Assembly (NCBI GenBank): GCA_965223325.1
Contig: CBDCWI010000001.1
Location: 544,001-608,000, forward strand
Direction: 5' to 3'
Source: Candidatus Multivoradales bacterium
GTDB taxonomy: Bacteria > Acidobacteriota > Thermoanaerobaculia > Multivoradales > Multivoraceae
Length of the DNA stretch: 64,000 bases
Below are positions 45,847-56,621 of this stretch, piece after piece. A program made the translations under genes and the position numbers. Every line of letters begins with the position of its first letter. The first letter of the stretch is position 1. The notes beneath the pieces were generated by a model. It saw only the letters and a program-made list of their open reading frames with translations. It made no database searches and had not been told where the DNA came from.

Positions 45847-48840
45847 TTGAGCCGCCCCGTTTCTGCCGCCCCGCCCTTTCACTGGCCGAACGTCGTGCTG
45901 GCCGGCATCGCTGCGCTCCTTCTCAGCCAGCCCGCGGCCAGCCAGGCACGAGAGACCATTCGCGTGACCGCAGAAGGACCAGCACCGGCCACTGCGCTCT
46001 CGGCGACCGCCGCCGGACAGAACCTGCGGATCGTCGGTGCCGAGGCGATCGACCCGAGGACCCAGCCCTGGGAGATCGTCCTCTACCTCGACACTGCGGT
46101 TTCGAGTCGCGCCGCTGTTCAACGAGTAGCCGACCAGCTGATCGAGCGGGTCACCGCCCTCACCGCTCTCGGTGAAGTCGAGATCGTCGTCGCCGATTCC
46201 CTCCCCCGCACCATCCAGCCACCGACCCGTGACCCGGAGTTTCTCCTGCCGGCCCTCGAGAGACTGTCGGTTCGTGCCGAAGCTGAGGACGCAGTGCGTT
46301 CCCGCCGTCAGTCTTTCTGGTTGCGACTCGAAGAGCGTCGCCGTAGCGCTCGTCGTGGTACCGGCGCCGCAAAAGAGAACCTGCCGATGGCGCTCGCTCG
46401 TTCGGCGCTTTCTGAGGAAGTCACGATGCGGCGGCTACAACACGACGCCCTCTTGAGCTGGCTCGGCGACCGAGGCCCGGCCGGTGAACGGCCCCGCCTC
46501 CTGCTCCTGCTGTCAGAGCCCATCGGCCAGGACCCGATCGCGTTTCTGAACCACCACCTCAACGACGACGGCGACGCCAGTCAACTCGCGCCCCTCACCA
46601 GGGCACTACCGGACCCCGAAGACTTCGGGCGGGCGCTCGCCGCCTACGGATGGGTGACCGTTCCCCTCGGCCTCGGCGGTGAGAGCGACGCCAAGAACGC
46701 TCTCCAGTACAAGCCCTCCGCGCAGCTGCCGGTGGGGTTCTCGATTCGCTTGGGGCGGACTCCGGAACCCGCCGAGCCGCAGCTCGACCTGATGATGGAC
46801 GAGCCGCAGCACGGCGCACTCGAGACGGTAGCGGCGCTGACCGGTGGACGAGTGATCTCCGATCCCGAATCGTTTGGTGAGACTCTCGCTCGCGCCACCC
46901 GTCGGGTCGCGATCGATCTCGAGGTTCCACCGACAGCGCCGGAGGCGGGAATCGGCGAGACCGCTCTCGCGGTGACCTCAGAGAACGGCGCCCTCAGAGC
47001 GCCCGCCGTCACCACCTTCGGGCAGACACCGGAGAGCGTGGCGGTTGCGCGCCTGCGCCTTGCCCTCTACGGGCAGGACGGAGACGGTGAGCTCGAGATC
47101 GACTCGGTGGTCGAGCTCGACCCCGAGAAGGTAGCGGAAATTCCGTCACGATTGGTCGCCGAAACGCGGCTCGGGCGGGGAACTCCGGGTGCGCGACCGC
47201 TGCGCATCAGCGTCGCGGTATCGACCGCCGACGATCGTTTCATCACCCGCCACTCGCTCTTGTCCTCAGAGCAGCTCGCCAGCCCGGCACCCGGGATCGC
47301 ACGCTTCGAGGAAGCGCTTCAGCTGCCCGGCGACACCGAAGCCACGTTGGTTCTCGTCGAGGCACTCGACACCGGTGAGTGGGGCCTGGCCTGGGCAGAC
47401 ATCGTCGAGGCGCGCCCGCAAGCAGCCGGACCGCTCGCCGATCGCTCCGTGGGACGTGACGCGCAACAGGCGGGCGATCGTGCCATCCGCCTGGAACCCG
47501 AGACCCCCTCGCCGCGCGTTGGCCGCATCGTCTTCACCGCCGACACTCGACAGGACGTCGCGCGTGTGCAGTTTCTCGTCGACCGAGAGGCGGTTGCAGA
47601 ACGCAACCGTCCTCCGTTTCGTGCCCGCATCAATCTCGGCAACAGCGGTCGACCGATGGAGGTCACGGCGATCGCCTTCGACGCCGATGGCTTCGAGCTC
47701 GACCGCGACACCCTGCGCATCAACGAGCCGGCCGACGCGTTCTGGGTCCGCGTCACCGAACCGCGCCCCGGCCGGCGGGTTGGGCGCGTCCCGGTGGCAG
47801 TTGACGTCAAGGCTCCAGACGACGGAGAGGTGGCGCGGGTCGACTTCTACTGGAACGCCGATCGCCAGGCCAGTGCCGAAGCGGCTCCCTGGCGCGGCCA
47901 GATCTTCGTGCCTGTCAACCAGCCAGACGGCTACGTGCGCGCCGTGGCCACCTTGACCGACGGGCGCACCGCCGAGGACGTGGTGCTGATGAACCGGCCC
48001 GGCTTCGGAACGCAGATCGGCGTGCAGCTCGTCGAGCTCTACGTGGTCGCCACCGACAAGTCCGGAGTACCCGTCACCGGGCTCGAGCGCGAAGACTTCG
48101 AGGTTCGTGAAGACGGTGAACCACAGGAGATCGAGACCTTCGCCGCCGCCGGCGACCTGCCGCTCACCATCGGTCTCGCCATCGATACCTCCTCGAGCCT
48201 GTTTCTGCGCATGCCGGCGGTGCAACGTGCCTCACGCGATTTCACCCGCAGCCTGATCTCGAATCGCGATCGGGCGTTTCTGGTCGAGTTCGGCCAGGAG
48301 CCCCGCCTGGTCCAGCGCACGACGACCAACCTCAACGCCATCGTCGACGGCATCTCTTCTTTCGAACCGCAAGGAACAACGCCTGTGTGGGAAGCCGTCG
48401 CCCTGTCGCTCGAAGAGTTGGCCCCGGTGCGCGGGCGGCGGGCCTTGGTGGTCTTCTACGACGGCGACGACGAGGATCTCGACTTCTCGTATCGGCGGGC
48501 GCTTTCGCTGGCCCGGAAGACCGAGGTCCCGATCTACCTGATGGTGATGAACGACGCCGCCGCCCGCTCTGAAGGGCGCTCCTTCAAGGCGCGCTCTTTC
48601 GTGTCGCGGCTCGAACGGATGGCGAGCGCCGGTGGCGGCAGGGTCTACTACCTGTCGACGGAAGAAGACCTCGATCGTGTCTTCAGGGCGATCGGCGACG
48701 AGCTGCGCTCGCACTACCTGTTGACGTACTACCCCCAGAGTGCCGCCGGCGGACCGCAATGGCGCGAGGTCGAAGTCGACATCCAACGACGAGGAATCGA
48801 CGCCCGCACCATCGAAGGCTATGGCACACCGCAGCCCTAG
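45847..48840 (+). CDS. Acidobacterial VWA-domain protein with Ig-like domains
   Basis: Signal peptide, degenerate N-terminal VWA, VARVQF/VARVDF Ig-like repeats, VELYVVATD..G.PV.GL..EDF, MIDAS DTSSS, GGRVY, ELRSHYLL.Y. Confidence 0.85.
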   Translation: MSRPVSAAPPFHWPNVVLAGIAALLLSQPAASQARETIRVTAEGPAPATALSATAAGQNLRIVGAEAIDPRTQPWEIVLYLDTAVSSRAAVQRVADQLIERVTALTALGEVEIVVADSLPRTIQPPTRDPEFLLPALERLSVRAEAEDAVRSRRQSFWLRLEERRRSARRGTGAAKENLPMALARSALSEEVTMRRLQHDALLSWLGDRGPAGERPRLLLLLSEPIGQDPIAFLNHHLNDDGDASQLAPLTRALPDPEDFGRALAAYGWVTVPLGLGGESDAKNALQYKPSAQLPVGFSIRLGRTPEPAEPQLDLMMDEPQHGALETVAALTGGRVISDPESFGETLARATRRVAIDLEVPPTAPEAGIGETALAVTSENGALRAPAVTTFGQTPESVAVARLRLALYGQDGDGELEIDSVVELDPEKVAEIPSRLVAETRLGRGTPGARPLRISVAVSTADDRFITRHSLLSSEQLASPAPGIARFEEALQLPGDTEATLVLVEALDTGEWGLAWADIVEARPQAAGPLADRSVGRDAQQAGDRAIRLEPETPSPRVGRIVFTADTRQDVARVQFLVDREAVAERNRPPFRARINLGNSGRPMEVTAIAFDADGFELDRDTLRINEPADAFWVRVTEPRPGRRVGRVPVAVDVKAPDDGEVARVDFYWNADRQASAEAAPWRGQIFVPVNQPDGYVRAVATLTDGRTAEDVVLMNRPGFGTQIGVQLVELYVVATDKSGVPVTGLEREDFEVREDGEPQEIETFAAAGDLPLTIGLAIDTSSSLFLRMPAVQRASRDFTRSLISNRDRAFLVEFGQEPRLVQRTTTNLNAIVDGISSFEPQGTTPVWEAVALSLEELAPVRGRRALVVFYDGDDEDLDFSYRRALSLARKTEVPIYLMVMNDAAARSEGRSFKARSFVSRLERMASAGGGRVYYLSTEEDLDRVFRAIGDELRSHYLLTYYPQSAAGGPQWREVEVDIQRRGIDARTIEGYGTPQP

Positions 48841-48859
48841 CACCGGCCGGCCTCCACCA

Positions 48860-51800
48860 ATGATCCAGCAACCCAACAACGTCCCGACGTCGGCGGCCTA
48901 CACCTCCGCGCGCCACCGTCGACGGCCCCGGTCGGCGTTGGTTCGGGTCGCGAAGACCACCCTCATCGTGTTCTGGACCCTCGCGCTGGCGCTTCACCAG
49001 GGGGTTGGCGCCCAGAGTGGAGTTCGCCAGACCACCACCTTCGAGGTGCAAAGCGGCGAGCCCCCCGAACCCCAGAGCCTACGCGTTCTCGTCCAGGGTC
49101 AGGCGAACCCGGTCGTCGACATCCAGCCCCTGGCGCAGAGCGAGGTTGTGATCTGGGTCGATCTCCCGCTTTCGACCCCAGAGGGCCTCGGTGCCTCGCT
49201 CAGCGCCCTTGCCGAGCGCGCCGACCAGTTGCTGGCGCTCGGTCCGCTGCACATCGTAGTCGCCGATCGCACCGTCGAAACTGTGCTCGAGCCAGGGGGT
49301 AACGCGCGCGACGTCGCCTTCTTCCTCCGCCGTATCGCCCAGCAACGAGCAAGAGACGCCGGCACCCTCCTCGAACGACGGCACGAGCTGCTACAGACCC
49401 TCGAGCGCGAGACCTGGCAGGTCGATGCGTTGACTCTCCTGGCGGAAGAAAACGAGATCCTCACCTGGCAACAGGATCTTCTGCGGGCCGCGTTCGCGGA
49501 CCGGAGCCCTGGGCGCCGCGGCGTTCTCTTCATGCTACGCGACGGCTACGACACCGACCCCCTCGATCTCCTGCGCGAGCTCAAAGAGCCCGACCCGCGC
49601 TTCGAGCGGCGCGCCGACTTCGGAGCCGCAAGCGGCCACCGCGATCTGGCGCGCACCCTCTCCGTTCAGGGATGGGTGACCGTTCCGCTACGACTGGGCG
49701 AGGTCTCGGGCAACGAGGGCGAGAAGGATCCTCTGCCCGGCAGCCAGGCGACCCTCGAAGACTTCTCGCGCGCCGGGGGCAGCCGAGTGGTCACCAACGC
49801 CGCGGAGCTCGACCAGGAACTGGAAACCCTCAGTCGCGCCTACCGCGTGACCTGGCAAAGCGCCCAGACGATCGCCGAGCCCACGCCGATCGATCTGCAG
49901 GCGACCCAGCCTTCGGGTGCCCTTGCCGACCTGCGATGGCGCCGCTGGACGACTTCGGTCGCACCGGCAGGCATCGCGCGCCACCGCGCTCAACAGATCA
50001 TCGACGGCTTCGTCGCCTCGTCAGGAGGCACCCTGGCCGATCAGCGTGGCGACCTCGACATCGAAGGGGTGTTGCTGCTCGGCGCCCTTGGCGAGGAGGC
50101 AACCCTCGACGCAGCCCTCGACCTGGCTTCGGTTCCGGGTCTCTCCGCCGGCGCCGGCATGCTGGTCGACGCCACGCGCTTCCGTCTCACTCTCCTGACC
50201 CGCGGGTTCGATACTGGCGCCAAGAGTCACCAGACGCGCGGCGAGGGTGGCATCCGCGCGACAACCGGCCGCTGGTTTCACCAGACACGCTTTCCGGTGC
50301 CCGCCGATCTCGACCGCGCGGCATTGGTCGTCGAGGACCTGGTCACCGGTGCGTGGGGCGCGGTCCCGGTCGAAGTCTCGACCCGGCCACTCGCGCGGTC
50401 GGGCGGCGTGCAGCGGCCACCGCCTCCTGCCGGTCAGCCGTCTGACCGGTTGGCGGTGAACAACCGATCCGGCTCGGGCGACCCGGGCGGGCCGGGTGCC
50501 TCACCAGACCCGAGCGCCAAACCGGCAGCAGGTACGACGCGACCTCTCGGCCCAGCAGGCCTGATCGAGCTGGTACCTCCGCGCGGCGATCAACTGCGGG
50601 GCAAGGTGCGGTTCAAAGTGCTCTTGGCAACCGCCGGAGTGGCAGCGGTGCGCTTCGAGCTCGATGGTCGCGAGGTCGCAATCGACGAGCGCTCGCCGTT
50701 CGGCGCCGAGATCGACCTCGGCCCAAGCGTCGCTCCACACGTCGTGCGAGCAGTTGCCATGAGCGGCGGCGGGCTCGAAATGGCGAGCGACTCCTACGAG
50801 CTCAACCGGCCACGGCAACGGACGGGGGTACGCATCACCCGCCTGGAGCAACAGCCCGACGGCTCGATCGATACCTCAGCCGAGCTCACCCTCGAGGAAG
50901 GCACCCGGCTCGACCGCGTCGAGTTCTACCGCAATCAACAACTCGTTCTGACACTGACCCAACCGCCGTTTCGCGCCCGCCTGCCCGCCACCGGTGCGAT
51001 CGGCAGCGACTTCGTCCGCGTTGCCGCCTGGCTCGACGACGGTGCGATGCTCGAAGACGCCCGCCTGGTCGGCGAAGACGTAGCCAGCGAGCGCATCGAC
51101 GTCAACCTCGTGCAGGTGTTCGTGGTCGCTACCGACCGCGAAGGCAACCCGATCGACGGCCTCGATGCTTCAGACTTCGAGCTCAAGCGGGGTCGCGCAA
51201 CGCAGGAAATCGAGCGCTTCTCGGTGGCCGATGAAGTGCCACTGGTTCTGGGTCTGGTGGTCGACACATCGGGCAGCATGATGCCCATCATGTCGGACAC
51301 CCAGCGTGCTGCGGCGCGCTTCATCTCGGAGACCCTGACCGACATCGATAAGGGCTTCCTGGTTGATTTCGACGATCGCGCACGCCTGGCTCATCCAGTC
51401 ACCGGCCGGTTGATCGACCTCGTCCAGGCTCTTGGCGGCCTCGAGCCCGACGGCAACACCGCGCTCTATGACGCGATCGTCTTTTCGCTCCTACAGTTCG
51501 AGGACGCGCCCGGACGGCGAGCGCTCGTTCTCTTGTCAGACGGCGACGACTACCGTAGCCGCTTCGGTTGGAAGCGCACCTGGCAAAACGCCAAAGAGAG
51601 CACCGTCCCGATCTATGTCATCGGCCTCGGTGGCCTCGACCCCGAACGGGCCTCGTTTCGCAAAGACGATCTCGAGGTGATTGCCAAAGACTCCGGCGGT
51701 CGCGTGTTCTACGTCGAATCGATGGACGAGGTACGCGCCGCCTACGACATCATCGGCAAGGAGCTCCGCAGTCAGTACGTCCTCGGCTTCACCACCGACG

Positions 51801-51895
51801 GCACCCTCGACGGAGGTGCCCTCAGTCGCATCTCGGTCAAGTCGAAGAAGAGCGGCGTGAAGATTCGTGCGGTGGTCGGCCAGAGCGGTCAGTGA
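48860..51895 (+). CDS. Second Acidobacterial VWA-Ig protein (paralog)
   Basis: Same architecture. MIDAS DTSGS, TALYDAI, LLSDGDD, ELRSQYVLGF. Start uncertain (48740 or 48860). Confidence 0.85.
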   Translation: MIQQPNNVPTSAAYTSARHRRRPRSALVRVAKTTLIVFWTLALALHQGVGAQSGVRQTTTFEVQSGEPPEPQSLRVLVQGQANPVVDIQPLAQSEVVIWVDLPLSTPEGLGASLSALAERADQLLALGPLHIVVADRTVETVLEPGGNARDVAFFLRRIAQQRARDAGTLLERRHELLQTLERETWQVDALTLLAEENEILTWQQDLLRAAFADRSPGRRGVLFMLRDGYDTDPLDLLRELKEPDPRFERRADFGAASGHRDLARTLSVQGWVTVPLRLGEVSGNEGEKDPLPGSQATLEDFSRAGGSRVVTNAAELDQELETLSRAYRVTWQSAQTIAEPTPIDLQATQPSGALADLRWRRWTTSVAPAGIARHRAQQIIDGFVASSGGTLADQRGDLDIEGVLLLGALGEEATLDAALDLASVPGLSAGAGMLVDATRFRLTLLTRGFDTGAKSHQTRGEGGIRATTGRWFHQTRFPVPADLDRAALVVEDLVTGAWGAVPVEVSTRPLARSGGVQRPPPPAGQPSDRLAVNNRSGSGDPGGPGASPDPSAKPAAGTTRPLGPAGLIELVPPRGDQLRGKVRFKVLLATAGVAAVRFELDGREVAIDERSPFGAEIDLGPSVAPHVVRAVAMSGGGLEMASDSYELNRPRQRTGVRITRLEQQPDGSIDTSAELTLEEGTRLDRVEFYRNQQLVLTLTQPPFRARLPATGAIGSDFVRVAAWLDDGAMLEDARLVGEDVASERIDVNLVQVFVVATDREGNPIDGLDASDFELKRGRATQEIERFSVADEVPLVLGLVVDTSGSMMPIMSDTQRAAARFISETLTDIDKGFLVDFDDRARLAHPVTGRLIDLVQALGGLEPDGNTALYDAIVFSLLQFEDAPGRRALVLLSDGDDYRSRFGWKRTWQNAKESTVPIYVIGLGGLDPERASFRKDDLEVIAKDSGGRVFYVESMDEVRAAYDIIGKELRSQYVLGFTTDGTLDGGALSRISVKSKKSGVKIRAVVGQSGQ

Positions 51896-51913
51896 AGGAG
51901 AAGAACCGCGCCC

Positions 51914-52567
51914 TCAGAACCGGTACCCGACTCCGACCTGCAGGGTCCACGGGTCGAGGTCCATGTCCTGGAACCCGCTGTCGGTCTCGAGAATCGTCAC
52001 CAGGTGACCAAGAACGCCGCTTAAAACCCAGCTTCGCTCACCGCCGAGTTGGAAGTCGGCTCCGAGAGCGAACTCGAAGCCGATGTCATCATCGAAGGTG
52101 AGCTTGATCTGGCGCGAGGAATCGAGCACGAAAACCTGGTCCGACCCTTTGCTCATCACGACAGCTCCCAAGGCGTAGAGCTCGAGTCGCTCGCGAACGA
52201 GGAACCTGTAGCTCCCGCTGAGACCGTACATCTCAAAGCGCAGCGAGTCGTGCGCCTCCAGGGTCCCCGCAGTGGTCGCCACCCGGAGCTGGGTATCGAG
52301 GCTGGCTGAGCGTAGCGACAGCCCGACTCCCCAGCGCGGAGACAACCGGTAGTCGAGCGCGAGGCCCAGGCCACTACCGCTCGAAACATCGAAGCGACCT
52401 TCCCCTTCGGGCAGACTCGATCGGATGAGATCGCCGCTCGGTGAGACGCCAACCACGCTGGCCGTCAGCGTAAAGCGTTTCTCAGGCGAGTCAGCCACGG
52501 ACGGCCGCGGCAACACAAACAGGAAGACTGGAACCATGAGAAGGAAGGTGAGGCGCCTGCACTGCAT
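51914..52567 (-). CDS. OmpW-like outer-membrane beta-barrel
   Basis: Signal peptide, GLGLALDYRLS.RWGV.L, C-terminal LDPW...VGVGYRF. Confidence 0.8.
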   Translation of the reverse strand: MQCRRLTFLLMVPVFLFVLPRPSVADSPEKRFTLTASVVGVSPSGDLIRSSLPEGEGRFDVSSGSGLGLALDYRLSPRWGVGLSLRSASLDTQLRVATTAGTLEAHDSLRFEMYGLSGSYRFLVRERLELYALGAVVMSKGSDQVFVLDSSRQIKLTFDDDIGFEFALGADFQLGGERSWVLSGVLGHLVTILETDSGFQDMDLDPWTLQVGVGYRF

Positions 52568-52714
52568 CGCGTTGCTCCTTGAGAGTGTTCAGTGGTTTGA
52601 TGTGTGAACCCGGCCAATCCCTCGAACTCGGAAAGACTCGTCCGCCGCCAGCAGGCCCGGGGCACTCGAGCGACTCCGGTAGGCTGGCTAGCAACCACCC
52701 AGGAGGAGTCAACC

Positions 52715-54307
52715 ATGAGAAACCAACCCGGGCTCAGTCAGGCCAGGGCCAGCGGCCAGCTCACCAACGCCAGGACCGCGCTCCTTCTGGGCGCCCTCTT
52801 GTTCGGCGGAGTGACCGCCCCCGGGGCGCTGGCCGCCACGCCCGCAGGCACCGACGCCTCGCCAACTGCCGACCTCGAGCACGACGAGAACATCCAGTCG
52901 GCCATCCGCCTGGCCGAGGTCTGGCTGGACGCCGAGCTCGCCTACGAACAGATTCCCGGCATGTCGGTCGGAGTGCTCTACAGCGACCGAGTGATCTGGG
53001 AACGCGGCCTGGGGTTCGCGGACGTCCAGGCCCAACGCCCAGCGACTCCGGAAACGCTCTACAGCATCTGCTCGATCTCGAAGCTCTTCACCAGCATCGC
53101 CGCCCTGCAACTACGCGACCAGGGCCGCCTCTCGTTGGACTCGGAGGTTGCGGAGCTCTTGCCCTGGTTCGACCTGCAGGTTGACCACGACGATGGCGAA
53201 CGGCTGACGTTGCGGCGGCTTTTGACCCACTCGAGCGGGCTGCCTCGCGAGACCGCGCACCCCTACTGGACGGGACCTGACTTTCCCTTTCCCGAACGCT
53301 CGGCAATCCGCGAGAAGCTCTCGACCCAACACTCGCTCTACCCTTCGGGGCGCTACTTTCAGTATTCCAACCTCGGCCTGACCCTGGTCGGTGAGGTGGT
53401 CGCCGAGGTCTCTGGCGAGCCTTTCGACGAGTACGTGCGGCGCAACATCCTCGAGCCCCTGGGCCTCGACAACACCCACCCCGAACTTCCCGAGAACGAG
53501 CGCGGCAAGGGCCTGGCAACCGGCTACGGCGGCCTGGGGCGAGATAGAGAGCGCGCCGAGATGCCCTTCTTCCAGGCCCGCGGTATCGCACCAGCCGCCG
53601 GCTTCGCTTCCAACGTGCGCGACCTGCTGCGTTTTGGTGCCTGGCAACTGCGGCTCCTCAACCTCGGTGCCACCACCGCAGAAGACCGGGCGGTTCTCGC
53701 GCCGGCGACGCTGCGCGAGATGCATCGCGTGCAGTGGATGGACCCGGACTGGGAAACCACCTGGGGCCTCGGCTTCGCCACCTGGAGGCGTGACGGTGAG
53801 ACCTGGGTCGGCCACGGCGGGAGCTGTCCGGGCTTTCGCAGCCAGTTGGCCATCGTACCGGCAAAGAAGATGGTGGTCGTCGCGGCGGTGAACGCGATGG
53901 GCGTCTCTCCGCGCCACATCACCGACCAGCTCTACAGCATCTTCGAACCTGCAGTCTCGAAGGCCATGGGCACCCCGCCGACCGAGGGGAAGGCACCAGA
54001 GAGAACCGCCGAGGCCCCCGAACCAGGCGAAACATCCCCTGACCTCGGCCGCTACACCGGTCTCTACCGCTCGGTATGGGGCGAGGCGGCGGTACTCGAG
54101 CAGAACGGCGAGCTGGTGATGCTCGATCTGCCCTCGCGTAACCCTCAGGAAGCCATGAGCAGAATCGAGGCGACCGACGAGGAGCACGTCTTTCGCCGGG
54201 TGCGTGACGACAAGACGCACGGCGAGGAGATTCGCTTCGAGGTCGACGCGGCAGGGGTCACCCAGCGCCTCTGGCAGCACGGAACCGCATCGGAGAAGGT
54301 CGAGTAG
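52715..54307 (+). CDS. Serine hydrolase, beta-lactamase class C/PBP family
   Basis: AGGAGG RBS, SISK (SxxK), LLTHSSG, YSN, HGG, C-terminal YTG.Y domain. Confidence 0.9.
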   Translation: MRNQPGLSQARASGQLTNARTALLLGALLFGGVTAPGALAATPAGTDASPTADLEHDENIQSAIRLAEVWLDAELAYEQIPGMSVGVLYSDRVIWERGLGFADVQAQRPATPETLYSICSISKLFTSIAALQLRDQGRLSLDSEVAELLPWFDLQVDHDDGERLTLRRLLTHSSGLPRETAHPYWTGPDFPFPERSAIREKLSTQHSLYPSGRYFQYSNLGLTLVGEVVAEVSGEPFDEYVRRNILEPLGLDNTHPELPENERGKGLATGYGGLGRDRERAEMPFFQARGIAPAAGFASNVRDLLRFGAWQLRLLNLGATTAEDRAVLAPATLREMHRVQWMDPDWETTWGLGFATWRRDGETWVGHGGSCPGFRSQLAIVPAKKMVVVAAVNAMGVSPRHITDQLYSIFEPAVSKAMGTPPTEGKAPERTAEAPEPGETSPDLGRYTGLYRSVWGEAAVLEQNGELVMLDLPSRNPQEAMSRIEATDEEHVFRRVRDDKTHGEEIRFEVDAAGVTQRLWQHGTASEKVE

Positions 54308-54358
54308 CGACTGGCCGGATAGACTGAGGTGATATTCCACCCGATCGAGAACTGAACG

Positions 54359-54964
54359 ATGACCGAATCGCCCGCCGCTCCCGAAGCGCCTCCCCCACCG
54401 CCGCCGCCGCGCAAGGCCAAGAAGACCACCCGGCCGACGGGCTCACGGGCTCCAGAAGGCGCGCGCATCGCCCTGCTCGTTGCGTCGGTCATCGGTGCGA
54501 TCGGCTTGTGGCTGCTGCTCGAGACGATGGGCGTGCCGGTACCGGAGCTCAGCCGCATCTGGCCCTTGTTCATCGCTCTTGGCGGCCTCGCATCGTTGAT
54601 CGACTACTTTGGCTTCTCGAAGCGGCCGAGTTCGCTCGGCCGGGCGGTCTTCGGCCTCGGGCTGGCGGCCTTCTTCTTGATCTTCACTCTCGAGTACGTG
54701 CCCTGGAACCTGGTTCTCGACTGGCTACCGCTCCTGCCCTTCGTCGCCGGGCTCGCCTTCTTGACCACCTGGGCCGCCGCCGGCATGCATGGCACGGGCA
54801 ATCTGGTGATGGGGGTCGTCTTCGCGCTGCTCGGCGTGCTCGGCCTGGCAGCGCGCTTCCCGGCCCTGCGCGACCTCTTGCCCTCGATCCAGCTGATCTG
54901 GGCAATCTCGCTCTTGGCTGTCTCCGCCCTCCTGATCTGGCGTACCTTCGGCAATCGCTCCTAG
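54359..54964 (+). CDS. Membrane protein (LiaF/DUF5668-like WP-containing helices)
   Basis: About 6 TM helices with IWPLFIALGG and WLPLLP motifs. Confidence 0.65.
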   Translation: MTESPAAPEAPPPPPPPRKAKKTTRPTGSRAPEGARIALLVASVIGAIGLWLLLETMGVPVPELSRIWPLFIALGGLASLIDYFGFSKRPSSLGRAVFGLGLAAFFLIFTLEYVPWNLVLDWLPLLPFVAGLAFLTTWAAAGMHGTGNLVMGVVFALLGVLGLAARFPALRDLLPSIQLIWAISLLAVSALLIWRTFGNRS

Positions 54965-55078
54965 CCACTTACACGGCTCTTACATCTTCTTTGCCCGCCC
55001 TGAACCTCGGGCAACAGAAAGATCGATAACGTTCTCCTGTCGCGGAGTGCCGTTCACCCGCGCGCACCGGAGAACCGA

Positions 55079-56614
55079 GTGGCGACCAGGGCAAACCCAG
55101 GCAACCAGACTGCCGAATCGACCGCGCCGGCCAACGATGTGGCCCGCGCCCTCGACCGTTTCGGGCTTGGCGCACGGCCCGGTGAGCAAAGGGGGCTCGA
55201 TGACCCGCGCGGCTGGCTGAAGGCGCAGCTCGAACGTTCCCCCGCCAGTCTCGGCGGGAAGCTCGCCAGCCGCCGCGAGGTGCTGGAGCGCACCACGCCA
55301 CCGCGAAACCAAGGCCCTCCAACGGGTCGACCGGACCCCGAGGTCCGCCGCGAACTACGCCAGGAGGGGCGGCGGATCTTCGAGACCGAAGCCGTCGCCG
55401 CCTTCAGCGAGCGCGTGCGTTCAGAGCAACCCTTCGTCGAGCGTTTGGTGAGTTTCTGGTCGAACCACCTCTGTGTTTCGACCACCAACCTCCAGGCCAT
55501 GCCCTGGGCCGGCCTCTACGAGCGTGAGGCCATCAGACCGCACGTCCTCGGGCGCTTCGCCGACCTCCTGCGGGCCTCGGCCCAGCACCCGGCGATGCTG
55601 ATCTACCTCGACAACATTCGTTCGGTCGGGCCGGACTCGCAGGTCGGCCGGAACGCGCAGCGCGGCGGTCGCACCCCGGGGCTGAACGAGAACTACGCGC
55701 GCGAGCTCCTCGAACTCCACACCATGGGATCGGACGGGGGCTACAGCCAGGACGACGTCATCGAACTCGCCCGCGTGCTGACGGGTTGGAGCGTCGCAGG
55801 CATCGGGCCAACGGCACGGGCCGCCCAAGAACGGATGGCGCAGCGCCGGGAAACGATGAATCGACGCCGCGCTGCGCGCACCCGCGACGGCCAAATCAGT
55901 CGCGGACGCCCGCGCCACCGCCCCGCGCGACCCAGCGTGCCCACCGCTTCGCCGGGCGAGTTTCTTTTCATTCCGATTCTCCACCAGCCGGGTACGAAAA
56001 CGGTCGCGGGCAAGCTCCTGCGTGAGGCCGGCATTCGCGAAGGAATCGAGGCCATCGAGTACCTGGCGACGCTCCCCAGCACCGCTCACTTTCTCGCCAC
56101 CAAACTGGCGCGCCACTTCATCGCCGACGACCCGCCGCCGAGCGTGGTCAGCCACCTCGCCAAGGCGTATCTCACCTCTGGAGGTCACCTGGGCGTGACC
56201 GCCCGAGCCCTCATCGACCTGCCCGAGGCGTGGGACCCGTCGGTGCGCAAGTTCAGAACGCCTCAGGACTGGCTGATCGCCGTCTTGCGGGCGGCCGGCG
56301 CCGAGGAGTTTCCGCGCCCCGCGCTTCCCATTCTGCGCCGCCTGCGCCACTTCCCGTGGTCACCGATGGCACCGAACGGCTACAGCGACTTCATGGCCGA
56401 CTGGGCAGACCCGGCCAGCCTGATGGCGCGAGCCGACGTCGCCCGCGCACTCGCCGACGGCCCCCTGGGGCGCGCGCTCGCCCCCGAGCGACTCATCGAT
56501 GCACAGAGCATCCGCGATGACTCCCGGCTCGGCATGTTGCTGCGCGACCAGAAGATCCCCGCCGCCGAGCGCACGGCGCTCGCTCTTGCCAGCCCAGCGT
56601 TTCAGTGGAGGTGA
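55079..56614 (+). CDS. DUF1800 family protein
   Basis: RFGLG.RPG, ERL..FW.NH, HPAML.YLDN, NENYARELLELHT.G, Y.Q.DV..LAR.LTGW, SP.FQ.R. Confidence 0.92.
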   Translation: MATRANPGNQTAESTAPANDVARALDRFGLGARPGEQRGLDDPRGWLKAQLERSPASLGGKLASRREVLERTTPPRNQGPPTGRPDPEVRRELRQEGRRIFETEAVAAFSERVRSEQPFVERLVSFWSNHLCVSTTNLQAMPWAGLYEREAIRPHVLGRFADLLRASAQHPAMLIYLDNIRSVGPDSQVGRNAQRGGRTPGLNENYARELLELHTMGSDGGYSQDDVIELARVLTGWSVAGIGPTARAAQERMAQRRETMNRRRAARTRDGQISRGRPRHRPARPSVPTASPGEFLFIPILHQPGTKTVAGKLLREAGIREGIEAIEYLATLPSTAHFLATKLARHFIADDPPPSVVSHLAKAYLTSGGHLGVTARALIDLPEAWDPSVRKFRTPQDWLIAVLRAAGAEEFPRPALPILRRLRHFPWSPMAPNGYSDFMADWADPASLMARADVARALADGPLGRALAPERLIDAQSIRDDSRLGMLLRDQKIPAAERTALALASPAFQWR

Positions 56615-56621
56615 ACCCGCT

